From positions 87-64,086 of the forward strand of contig CAZMZG010000003.1 of NCBI GenBank assembly GCA_964570785.1: a stretch of 64,000 nt of DNA, in the 5' to 3' direction. The first letter of the stretch is position 1. Each line of letters starts with the position of its first letter. The notes under the pieces were generated by a model. The model was not told the DNA's origin. It saw nothing but the letters and a program-made list of their open reading frames with translations, and did not search any database. The translations under genes were made by a program, and so were the position numbers. Shown one piece after another: positions 28,901-36,671 of the stretch. This DNA comes from an uncultured Atribacterota bacterium (GTDB lineage Bacteria; Atribacterota; Atribacteria; Atribacterales; Thermatribacteraceae).

Positions 28901-30402
28901 TCGTGGAGTTAGGAATTAACCGGGTGGTGGTGGCTTCCTGTTCTCCAAGGACACATGAACCTCTTTTTAGAGAAACCCTGCGCGAGGCAGGTCTTAATCC
29001 CTATCTTTTTGAGATGGCCAACATTCGGGATCAGTGTTCCTGGGTGCATCAACGAACACCTCAGATGGCCACTGAGAAAGCTAAGGAACTAGTTTCCATG
29101 GCAATTGCAAAAGTTTCTCTTAAGCGCCCCCTACAGCCAGCTTTCCTTTCAGTTGAAAAATCGGTTTTGATAATAGGCGGTGGCTTGAGCGGGATGACTG
29201 CGGCCCTGGAAGCTCGCAAACAGGGAGTCAAAGTTTTTCTGGTGGAGAAGGAACCTGAGCTGGGTGGTTATGCTTCTAAATTTGAGTGCTGGTTTACGCC
29301 TTTTGGAGAGGATATCACCGATAGAATTAATGAGTTGAAGAGCAAGATTTTGGAAGACCCTGGTATAGAGGTGTTTCTCAATTCTCGCGTTTCAGAAATT
29401 AATGGATTTGTAGGCAATTTCGAGTCGGTTATTTGTATTGGGGATGAGAAGAAAAAATTGAAGCACGGAGCCTTAATTGTTGCTACTGGAGGCATAGAGT
29501 ATCTCCCTCAGAAGGGAGAGTTTGGTTATGGTCTGGACCCGAGAATTGTGACTCAGTCCGAGCTCGAACATAGCTTCGAGAAGGTACCTTCTTTCAAACG
29601 GGTGGTAATGATTCAATGTGTGGGTTCCAGAAACGATGACCATCCCTGGTGTAGTAGGACTTGTTGTTCGAGAACTATACGCAATGCCCTGAGGCTAAAG
29701 GAAATAAACCCTGAAATTGAAGTTTTTGTCCTTTATAGAGACATTCGAACTTTTGGTTTCTTGGAAGAGCTGTATCGTAAGGCTCGTGAGAAGGGCATTA
29801 TTTTTGTGCGTTTTGAGGACAATAAACCTCCCCAGGTTGCCATAGATGATCAGGAAAAGATAATTGTAAGAGTATTTCTCTCTTCTTTGGGGGAAGAGGT
29901 TCTTTTTTCTCCAGACCTAGTGGTCCTTTCCACCGGCATCATGCCCCAAGATGGAAATCGAGAACTTGCCAAAAAGCTTAAAGTTCCTTTGAATCAGGAT
30001 GGTTTCTTCCTGGAGGCTCATGTTAAATTGCGACCAGTAGATTTTGCTACTGACGGTATTTTTGTTTGTGGTCTTGCTCATAGTCCAAAATTTGCCCATG
30101 AATGTGTGTTGCAGGCTAAGGCAGCTGTTTCTCGCATGATGACCGTGCTCAGCAAGGAAAAAATCACCGCAGAGGCCGAAGTAGCTATTGTGGATGAGCA
30201 AAAATGCACTGGTTGTGGAGATTGCGAGAGGCTGTGCCAGTTTGGAGCTGTGAAAGTGAATTCGGAAAGAAAAATTGCTGAAGTTAACTCGGCTCTTTGC
30301 AAGGGATGTGGTTTATGCAGTGCTTCCTGCAAAAGTGGCGCTATTAAAGTCCAAGGTTTCGCTCCTGAACAGATTATGGCGGAGGTGGAATATCTTTTAT
30401 GA
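25921..30402 (+). CDS. hdrA: Giant HdrA-GltD/NfnB-HdrA fusion flavoprotein (HdrL-like)
   Basis: 1493 aa from ATG 25921. Unit 1: GGGIAG and FPTNDCAMC. Inserted ferredoxin half: CTGCGDCAEVCP. GltD-like insert 26389-27740: IIGAGPSGL, VIGGGNVAIDCA, FAGGDA. Then CLSCGGCSEC...C and FVQCVGSRD...CSAVCC. Unit 2 from 28738: GVFVCHCGINIGG, CSPRTHEP, IIGGGLSG, IQCVGSRNDDHPWCSRTCC, and terminal CTGCGDCERLC / CKGCGLCSASC. Confidence 0.8.
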   Translation: MMHGKTRGSVMVVGGGIAGIQSALDLANAGFKVYLVEDSTAIGGLMARLDKTFPTNDCAMCILSPKLVECGRHLNIEVITCASLESVEGVPGDFRVKVRRKPRYVDPLKCTGCGDCAEVCPVSLSNDFEGGLSKKKAIYRLFPQAFPSAFAIEKKGLPNCQAACPLEQKAQGYVALIREGKFEEALQTVRMDNPFPGICGRACHHPCMEDCQRGLLDEPVGIPYLKRFLADYEVRNNLKPVLGKQEDKGKKVAIIGAGPSGLSCAYFLVRKGYQVCVYEAKEQPGGMMSYGIPPYRLPRDVVKYEIELLKELGINFVFGKAWGKDFGIDDLFREGYAALYVACGAWQTIKLGIEGEDYPEVMDGLDYLIKVNSSQEVPQAEEVVVIGGGNVAIDCARSALRKGAKKVSVYYRRSREEMPARAEEVEEALEEGVEFYFCAAPKRFIKRNGRVILEFNAVRLCAPDASGRRKPEIVPDVVYEVEADLFLVAIGQRVRIPEGKLELTGWGTIKVNEEMQTSFKGVFAGGDAVLGPATLVEAIAHGKRAARAIDAYLQGKEIRDFEKRKAPINIPWQEPKKLRVGLKKLDPRERVLGFYEVVRGYTEEEAKEEARRCLSCGGCSECMQCVSACQREAILHQDSEEILEIAVGAVIFASGTSVIDPAQKYREFGYRKFANVITSLDFERILSASGPTQGKVVRPSDDKVPRKIAFVQCVGSRDVKRGKPYCSAVCCMYAIKEALVAREHLLIEEREEALCECGIDTVAHSFGKDPGAEGSQLDVAIFMIDMRSPGKDFERYFERAKEEGIRFIRSKVGKIEELDNGDLRVYFVDESGCSREEIFDLVILSVGFEVSSYNREMFAKAGVALQDNGFPYTDALDKTLTMQDGVFVCGTASGPKDIPETVVEASAASCNVSSLLDEARFSEITYKQYPPERNVEIEPLKIGVFVCHCGINIGGVVNVKEVVDWVKDLPGVIYAEENLYTCSQDTQERIKQKIVELGINRVVVASCSPRTHEPLFRETLREAGLNPYLFEMANIRDQCSWVHQRTPQMATEKAKELVSMAIAKVSLKRPLQPAFLSVEKSVLIIGGGLSGMTAALEARKQGVKVFLVEKEPELGGYASKFECWFTPFGEDITDRINELKSKILEDPGIEVFLNSRVSEINGFVGNFESVICIGDEKKKLKHGALIVATGGIEYLPQKGEFGYGLDPRIVTQSELEHSFEKVPSFKRVVMIQCVGSRNDDHPWCSRTCCSRTIRNALRLKEINPEIEVFVLYRDIRTFGFLEELYRKAREKGIIFVRFEDNKPPQVAIDDQEKIIVRVFLSSLGEEVLFSPDLVVLSTGIMPQDGNRELAKKLKVPLNQDGFFLEAHVKLRPVDFATDGIFVCGLAHSPKFAHECVLQAKAAVSRMMTVLSKEKITAEAEVAIVDEQKCTGCGDCERLCQFGAVKVNSERKIAEVNSALCKGCGLCSASCKSGAIKVQGFAPEQIMAEVEYLL

Positions 30403-30821
30403 GTGAAGAATGGGAACCTAAAATAGTGGCCTTTCTTTGTCACTGGTGCAGCTACGCAGGTGCTGACCTGGCGGGAGTTAGTCGTCTCCAGTATCCTCCA
30501 AACATCAGAGTTATCAGAGTTCCCTGTTCGGGAGCAGTTAATCCTCTTTACATTCTTAAAGCTTTACGGGAAGGAGCGGATGGAGTGCTGGTTTCGGGTT
30601 GCCATCCGGGGGACTGTCACTATATTGGGGGCAATTATTTTGCGCGCAGAAAATTTCTGGTTTTGAAGGAAATACTCAAATGGGTTGGTGTTGAAGAGGA
30701 GAGAGTGCAGTTTTCGTGGGTTTCAGCTTCTGAAGGCCAAAAATTTTCTAAGGTAGTGGAGAAAGTAGTTGAAGGAGTCAAAAGGGTTGGTCCTGCATCC
30801 AGGCTGGTAAAGGAGTTTTGA
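30399..30821 (+). CDS. mvhD: MvhD/FlpD-type [2Fe-2S] electron-transfer subunit
   Basis: IVAFLCHWCSYAGADLAG, RVPCSG and SGCHPGDCHY motifs. ATGA overlap with the hdrA fusion. Confidence 0.85.
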   Translation: MSEEWEPKIVAFLCHWCSYAGADLAGVSRLQYPPNIRVIRVPCSGAVNPLYILKALREGADGVLVSGCHPGDCHYIGGNYFARRKFLVLKEILKWVGVEEERVQFSWVSASEGQKFSKVVEKVVEGVKRVGPASRLVKEF

Positions 30822-30824
30822 GTC

Positions 30825-31769
30825 ATGTTTTCTGGGGAACTGCGAGAAATTGCCAGAAAGTTGCTTTTGGAGAAAGAAGTGGACATTATTATCGGTTACC
30901 AGTGGGGTTCTCTTCCTTTCCGAACTTCGCCTTTATTTATTGAAGAACCTCGGGATGTTGAAAAGATGATCTTTAATCCGCTATGTTCAGTTAATCTTTC
31001 CAGGTACCTTCAGCGCTATAGAAATAGCGGTAAAAAACTGGGTATCGTTGCTAAGGGATGCGACGCGCGATCGTTGGTAGTTCTTCTTCTTGAGGGACAA
31101 TTTGAGCGTGAACATCTTAAAATAATCGGTGTGCCATGCAAGGGCGTCTTGAACTGGAAGAAAATTCGGGATTCCTTTGAGACCTTTCCTCGGGATGTGG
31201 TTTTCTGGGGGGAAGATTTTTTTGTTGTCAACGGAAAGAAGTATCATTATCGGGATTTTATGGAGAACACCTGCCTCCGCTGTAAATATCCCAACCCCCC
31301 TCTCTATGACTTTTTGGTTGGAGAACCCCTCGAAGAGAGTAATTGGGAAAAGTTTGGTCTGGACTATGTCCAGGATATGGATTCGAAAACCGCCGAGGAA
31401 CGTTTTGAAGAGCTTTACAGGGAGCTCAGTTCCTGTATTCGCTGTTATGCCTGCCGCGAGGCATGTCCTCTCTGTTACTGTAAAGAGTGTTTTGTGGAAA
31501 GTACCCGTCCTCGCTGGACAACTCCCTGTCCAACTTTCTCGGACAACTTTGTTTTTCATATAGGTCGCGCCATGCATCTTGCTGGGCGCTGTGTAGAATG
31601 TGGAGCTTGTGAGCGGTCTTGCCCGGTGGGGATCCCCATTGCACTTTTAACTATTAAAATAGAAAACATTGTTAAGGAACATTTTGGGTTTGAAGCAGGA
31701 CTGAGTCTTGAAGAAGAAGCTCCTTTGCTTACCTACAGGGAAAATGACCCTGACGAATTTATAAAGTGA
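30825..31769 (+). CDS. Fe-S protein, FlxC-like
   Basis: CIRCYACREACPLCYC and CVECGACERSCP cluster motifs in 314 aa. Positioned between mvhD and the next two module genes. Confidence 0.55.
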   Translation: MFSGELREIARKLLLEKEVDIIIGYQWGSLPFRTSPLFIEEPRDVEKMIFNPLCSVNLSRYLQRYRNSGKKLGIVAKGCDARSLVVLLLEGQFEREHLKIIGVPCKGVLNWKKIRDSFETFPRDVVFWGEDFFVVNGKKYHYRDFMENTCLRCKYPNPPLYDFLVGEPLEESNWEKFGLDYVQDMDSKTAEERFEELYRELSSCIRCYACREACPLCYCKECFVESTRPRWTTPCPTFSDNFVFHIGRAMHLAGRCVECGACERSCPVGIPIALLTIKIENIVKEHFGFEAGLSLEEEAPLLTYRENDPDEFIK

Positions 31770-31782
31770 GAGGTTAGGGATA

Positions 31783-32784
31783 ATGAAAAAGGGTTACTGG
31801 GAGAAGGAAAGATTTAGAGAGTGGGTTGCTGCTGAAAAGGGTAGGATCTGGCTTACAGAGAGACTGAAGAATAAATATCCTGACCTTTTTATAGATCTGG
31901 ACAGAGAGTTGCGAACTGTGAAAGAAGCTTTCTATCCCCAGTGGCGTAAGGTTTGTCGCTTCTTGTGGGATAAAAAAAGGTGGTTGGTGGAAGACTTACC
32001 GGACGAGAAGAAGCCGGTGCCTTCTCTTGTTTTTGCTTTGCCCTGTGAGGCAAGGGCGGTTCTGGATGTTTTAGATAAGATTTTTATTAAGAAAGAGCCC
32101 TCGGATGGTTTTTACCTTTCGCGTCGTGCCTCCTCCTTAGTAGTGATTGTAGCTTGTCTTTTTCCTGAAGAGGTCTGTTTCTGCAATTGGGTGGGTGGCG
32201 GGCCTTTTTGGCATACTGATAATTCTCCCTTCCTGGTACCCTTGGAAAAAGGGTTGTATCTGGAAGATCCTGTTGGTGTTTTTCCGCCAACTTATGAAGA
32301 AGCAAGTGTTGAGCTTAACGAAAAAGTTGAAAAACTAAAGGAACAGGCTGAACTCTCTCTGGGAGAGCCATTTACTATAGACAGAGATTTTCCAAAAAAG
32401 CTTTATGATAATTTCTACAGTGAAAGCTGGGAGAAACTTGCTCAAAAGTGTCTTAATTGCGGAGCATGCACCTTTTTGTGCCCTACCTGTTACTGTTTTG
32501 ATCTTGTGGTGGATGGGGCTTTGAGGGGTTATCAGCTTTGCACCTGGGATAGCTGTATGTTTGCCAAATTCACTCTCCATGCTTCAGGTCATAACCCGCG
32601 CCCCGGCTATACAGAGAGAGTCCGTCAGAGGGTTCTTCATAAGTTTTCCTATTTCCCGATGCGCGAAGGTAGCTTTGGATGTGTTGGTTGTGGAGCTTGT
32701 ATAACTGCCTGTCCGGTTAACTGGGACATTAGGGAAGTGATAAAAGAGATGTTCCAAGAGGTGGGTGACAAAAAAGGTGAGTGA
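31783..32784 (+). CDS. Fe-S protein, FlxB / sulfhydrogenase-beta / AsrA-like
   Basis: CLNCGACTFLCPTCYC and CVGCGACITACP motifs in 333 aa. Confidence 0.6.
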   Translation: MKKGYWEKERFREWVAAEKGRIWLTERLKNKYPDLFIDLDRELRTVKEAFYPQWRKVCRFLWDKKRWLVEDLPDEKKPVPSLVFALPCEARAVLDVLDKIFIKKEPSDGFYLSRRASSLVVIVACLFPEEVCFCNWVGGGPFWHTDNSPFLVPLEKGLYLEDPVGVFPPTYEEASVELNEKVEKLKEQAELSLGEPFTIDRDFPKKLYDNFYSESWEKLAQKCLNCGACTFLCPTCYCFDLVVDGALRGYQLCTWDSCMFAKFTLHASGHNPRPGYTERVRQRVLHKFSYFPMREGSFGCVGCGACITACPVNWDIREVIKEMFQEVGDKKGE

Positions 32785-33616
32785 AGCTAAAAATATTTAT
32801 CTTCCCCGGCTTTGTGTTATAAAAGAAGTGATTCCAGAAACCCCCGATATAAAAACTTTTCGGGTGGAAATTCCTGATGATTTTCACTTTGATTATATTC
32901 CGGGTCAGTTTGCAGAAGTTTTCCTTCCCGGCAAGGGAGAAGCTCCTTTCTCGATAGCTTCTTCGCCCACTCAAAGAGGGATTATCGAGTTTAGTATCAA
33001 AAGGGTAGGATTAGTTACTGAAGCTATTCACCAGCAGGTTCCAGGAAGTCAGATAGGTATTCGAGGTCCTTATGGAAATGGCTTTCCCCTTAAAGAGCTG
33101 GAAGGAAAGGATCTGCTTTTTGTTGGAGGTGGTATCGGCCTGGCTCCTTTGCGATCGCTCATCAACTATGTTCTTGACTCAGACCATCGTCCTCACTTCG
33201 GAAGGGTTATCATTCTTTATGGAGCCAGGACCCCTCAAGATTTGGTTTTTAAGTGGGAACTCGAAAGGTGGTCAAAAAGAGATGATGTGGAAGTTTTGAT
33301 TACTGTGGATAAGGGAGACCATACCTGGAGCGGCAAGGTGGGCTTGGTACCCCAGGTGCTAAAAGAGTGTATTGCAATAGATGATAGCGAGCCACCCACT
33401 TCCATTGTTTGCGGACCACCAATTATGATCAAATTCACTATTAAGGCGTTGCTTGAGATGGGTTGTTGTCCTCACGACATCATCACCACTTTGGAGATGA
33501 GAATGAAATGTGGCCTGGGAAAGTGTGGTCGTTGTAATATTGGTCCTTATTACGTATGTAAAGATGGCCCGGTTTTTAGATATGACCTTCTCAGCACACT
33601 GCCAGAGGAATACTGA
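32765..33616 (+). CDS. FAD/NAD(P)H-binding oxidoreductase with C-terminal [2Fe-2S] (FlxA / HydG / AsrB / PyrK-like)
   Basis: Ferredoxin-reductase-type segments (GQFAEV, APFSI, GGGIGLAPL) and C-terminal CGLGKCGRCNIGPYYVCKDGPVF. The start is uncertain: GTG 32765 or GTG 32777. Confidence 0.8.
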   Translation: MTKKVSEAKNIYLPRLCVIKEVIPETPDIKTFRVEIPDDFHFDYIPGQFAEVFLPGKGEAPFSIASSPTQRGIIEFSIKRVGLVTEAIHQQVPGSQIGIRGPYGNGFPLKELEGKDLLFVGGGIGLAPLRSLINYVLDSDHRPHFGRVIILYGARTPQDLVFKWELERWSKRDDVEVLITVDKGDHTWSGKVGLVPQVLKECIAIDDSEPPTSIVCGPPIMIKFTIKALLEMGCCPHDIITTLEMRMKCGLGKCGRCNIGPYYVCKDGPVFRYDLLSTLPEEY

Positions 33617-33625
33617 GGTCAAGCT

Positions 33626-34960
33626 ATGTTGTATCAGCAAGCTCTACGTTACCTGTATGGTTTGATTAACTATGAGAAAGTCGGCTTTTCCTATTCTGAT
33701 TTAAAACTCGAGCGCATGCAGGAGTTGATGGATCGTCTGGGGAACCCTCATTGCAAGGTACCAACTATCCTGATTGCTGGAACGAAAGGCAAAGGTTCTA
33801 CCTCCTACTTTCTGCACAGGTTATTTTCAGCCTATGGCTTTAGTTGTGGTCTTTATTCCAAACCCCATCTTGTGACCTATCGGGAGCGTATAAGAGTTAA
33901 CGATACCTTTATTGGTGAGGATGAGTTAGGATTGCTGATAAATCGCATTCAGCCCATTGTTGAGGAAATGGGTCGCAGATCTCCTTTGGGCAAACCCACT
34001 TATTTTGAGGTTTCAGTAGCTCTTGCTTTTCTTTACTTTCTCGAAAGAAAGGTTGATTTAGCTGTTTTTGAAGTTGGTTTGGGTGGGCGTCTTGATGCCA
34101 CCAATGTGTCTTGCCCGAGCTTAACTGCTATAACCCCAATTAGTATGGATCATATGGATGTTTTGGGAAATTCCGTAAAGGAGATTGCCAGAGAAAAAGC
34201 CGGCATTATTCGCCCTGGAGTAACTACTGTGTTGGCTCTGCAAAACCCAGAAGCCAGAAGAGTAGTCCTGGAGGTTGCATATTTGCGAAACTCTCCGGTG
34301 GTCCAGTTTGAGAAAGAGTGTCTCTTTGAGATTTTATCAAGAAGTTCCTCGGGTTCCCGGTTATGGTGGGAGGTAAAGGATTGGGGAAAAGGGGAGTCTT
34401 TGCTTCCTGTGCTGGGTGACCATCAGGTTTCTAATTTTTTGACGGCTCTGCTTATATTGCGGGAATGGGGTCTGGGTTTTCGAAGAGATGCGGTGGAAAG
34501 TGCACTTTCAGGAGTGAGCTGGCCGGGAAGAATCCAGATAATTTCGACTAACCCTTTGGTAGTTTTCGATGTGGCCCATAACCGCGATTCTTTTTTGGCT
34601 TTGCTTGACACTCTCCGCAGTTACCTGGGAATTGAAAAGAGTGTTTTTCTTCTAGGTTTTGTAAAGGGGAAAGACGTAGGTTCTATTGCAGAAGTTCTGG
34701 GTAGTTTTGCGGAGGCAATAGTTATTACCCAACCTTACACTCCTCGAGCTTTGGCGCCTGGTGATTTGATTTCCCTATTTGAAACAGTGGCTCCTGCTCT
34801 GGTTGTGAAAGACCCAGCAGTGGCTTACACTTTTGCAAGGGACCAGGCTGCAAAGAGAGGATTGCCCCTGGTTGTGGTTGGTTCTTTTTACCTGGCTCGG
34901 CTCTTTGGCGAAGAGATTAATCGGATTTTTAATATTAGTGAGGAGGTTGAATTATGCTGA
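33626..34960 (+). CDS. folC: Folylpolyglutamate synthase / dihydrofolate synthase
   Basis: IAGTKGKGST P-loop and Mur-ligase-like organisation; 444 aa. Confidence 0.9.
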   Translation: MLYQQALRYLYGLINYEKVGFSYSDLKLERMQELMDRLGNPHCKVPTILIAGTKGKGSTSYFLHRLFSAYGFSCGLYSKPHLVTYRERIRVNDTFIGEDELGLLINRIQPIVEEMGRRSPLGKPTYFEVSVALAFLYFLERKVDLAVFEVGLGGRLDATNVSCPSLTAITPISMDHMDVLGNSVKEIAREKAGIIRPGVTTVLALQNPEARRVVLEVAYLRNSPVVQFEKECLFEILSRSSSGSRLWWEVKDWGKGESLLPVLGDHQVSNFLTALLILREWGLGFRRDAVESALSGVSWPGRIQIISTNPLVVFDVAHNRDSFLALLDTLRSYLGIEKSVFLLGFVKGKDVGSIAEVLGSFAEAIVITQPYTPRALAPGDLISLFETVAPALVVKDPAVAYTFARDQAAKRGLPLVVVGSFYLARLFGEEINRIFNISEEVELC

Positions 34961-35757
34961 TTATCATCGGAGAACGTATCAATGCTACACGTAAGCCTAT
35001 AAGGGAGGCTTTGGAAAGAAAAGATGTGCAGTTTTTTGTTGAGGAGGCCAAAAAACAGGAACAGGCAGGAGCGCACTTTATAGATGTTAATGCTGGTACC
35101 GATGCCACTTCAGAAATTGAAAACCTACCCTGGTTGGTAGAAATAATTCAGGATGAGGTGGAAGTGCCTCTCTGCTTTGACTCTGCTAATGAGAAAGCGT
35201 TAGAGAGAGCTTTAAAAGTTTATAAAAAGAAAGGGTTGATTATTAACTCTTTTACGGCTGAGGAAGAAAAGATAAAAGCACTGCTACCCCTTGCTAAAGA
35301 GTGGAATGCTTACATAGTTGGTCTGGCCATGGGTGAAGGGGGAATACCCCAGACTGGTGAGGAGCGCATGAAATTGGTAGATAAATTGCTGGAAGCTGTG
35401 CATCTCTATGGCATCCCTGAGGAACGGCTTTTTATCGATCCTCTGGTTATTCCCGTTGGCACTGATTCTACTCAGGGGAAACTTTTTCTGGAAACTTTAA
35501 AGAGTATTAAAGATAAGTTTCCTGAAGTGAAGACGGTTTGTGGTTTGTCCAATGTTTCTTTTGGTTTACCAAACAGGAGGCTTCTAAACAGAACTTTTGC
35601 AGTGCTTTGTCTTGCTTTTGGCCTGGATGCAGCAATTATAGACCCCTTGGATAAGGAATTGATGGCTTCCATTTATGCTACCGAAGTGCTTTTGGGAATT
35701 GATGAGTTTTGTATGGGGTATCTTAACGCTTTCAGAGAGGGCAAGCTTAACCTTTAA
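34954..35757 (+). CDS. acsE: Methyl-THF:corrinoid methyltransferase (pterin-binding TIM barrel, AcsE/MeTr type)
   Basis: Colinear with Moorella AcsE as I recall it (MLIIGERIN..., FIDVNAG, LCFDS, INS, IDPLV, GLSNVSFG, NRTF). Overlaps the folC stop by 7 nt. Confidence 0.8.
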   Translation: MLIIIGERINATRKPIREALERKDVQFFVEEAKKQEQAGAHFIDVNAGTDATSEIENLPWLVEIIQDEVEVPLCFDSANEKALERALKVYKKKGLIINSFTAEEEKIKALLPLAKEWNAYIVGLAMGEGGIPQTGEERMKLVDKLLEAVHLYGIPEERLFIDPLVIPVGTDSTQGKLFLETLKSIKDKFPEVKTVCGLSNVSFGLPNRRLLNRTFAVLCLAFGLDAAIIDPLDKELMASIYATEVLLGIDEFCMGYLNAFREGKLNL

Positions 35758-35804
35758 AAGGCAATTGTGTTATTATAAAAGTGAAATAAAAAGAAAGGCT
35801 TTTA

Positions 35805-36665
35805 GTGTGTTGCTTTATGCGTAGAATGTGGTTTTTTGCAATTTTAATGCTTGTGTTGGGTATGGTTTTCCCTCTGGCAAGAGCGAGTGAGTTGTCTCCT
35901 GCTTTGGGAGTGTTGGACTATGCGCTCTGCAGAGGACTTGACCAGGACGGGCTTCCTCTGGAGCGCGTTGAGCAGTTCTCCACGGAGGATGGAAAAATAA
36001 TCTGTTGGGTTTTTCTGGAAGAAGTTTCAGGTGGTGAAACTCTGCGCTGGGAGTTTATTTCACCCGAAGGAACAGTTTTTGAAAGTATTTTGGTAATTGA
36101 AGAACCCAAAAAATATATAGGAGCGCAGGGTATACTGGATCTTCTGTCTAATGCCTCAAAAATTGTTCCCGGAGAGTGGAAAGTCAAGTTTTATGTAAAT
36201 GACTGTTTTGTTTTTGAGACCAGGTTTACCTTAATTGAAAGCAATGTGTTGGGTAGCAAAGATATTGACGAAGCAATTCAGCGCACCCTTCTTCTTTTGG
36301 AAGATTTTGGGTACCAGGTTTTTAATATAGGTTTTTCAGAGGATAAGCAGGCTTTTGTTCAAATGCAAATGGTAAGCAAGAATCTCTCTCAAGCGGTGTG
36401 GAATCAAATCGGTTTCGGCTTTGAGTGCTTGCGCCGTCTTTTTCCGAAAGCTTCCTGGTTTCTGGTTCAACTCGTTATGGATGGAGAGTATGCCTTGAGT
36501 TTTCAGGTCAGAGCTCTTGATTTCTTGCTGTGGCGAGAAGGTAAATTAAGCGCAGACGAATTCTGGAAGAAAAAAGTAATTCGTTATGTTTATAATATAA
36601 GGGGAAAAAAAGAAATAGAGGATGTCTCTCAGTTTTTCTTTGAGAAATTTGGAGTGGTGTATTGA
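35805..36665 (+). CDS. Hypothetical secreted protein (signal peptide), no recognised domain
   Basis: N-terminal MRRMWFFAILMLVLGMVFPLARA-SE signal-like sequence. Same strand, 47 nt after acsE. Confidence 0.5.
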   Translation: MCCFMRRMWFFAILMLVLGMVFPLARASELSPALGVLDYALCRGLDQDGLPLERVEQFSTEDGKIICWVFLEEVSGGETLRWEFISPEGTVFESILVIEEPKKYIGAQGILDLLSNASKIVPGEWKVKFYVNDCFVFETRFTLIESNVLGSKDIDEAIQRTLLLLEDFGYQVFNIGFSEDKQAFVQMQMVSKNLSQAVWNQIGFGFECLRRLFPKASWFLVQLVMDGEYALSFQVRALDFLLWREGKLSADEFWKKKVIRYVYNIRGKKEIEDVSQFFFEKFGVVY

Positions 36666-36671
36666 TAAGTT

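Noticed and set aside
30987-31577. 196-aa minus-strand ORF
   Set aside because: It is antisense to the Cys-motif-bearing FlxC-like gene inside a tightly coupled plus-strand operon.
21066-33616. Selenocysteine (in-frame TGA) in Hdr/Mvh-type genes
   Set aside because: HdrA/MvhD homologues are selenoproteins in some organisms. Here every ORF is continuous with Cys at the relevant positions, and every TGA coincides with a gene boundary and a downstream start.
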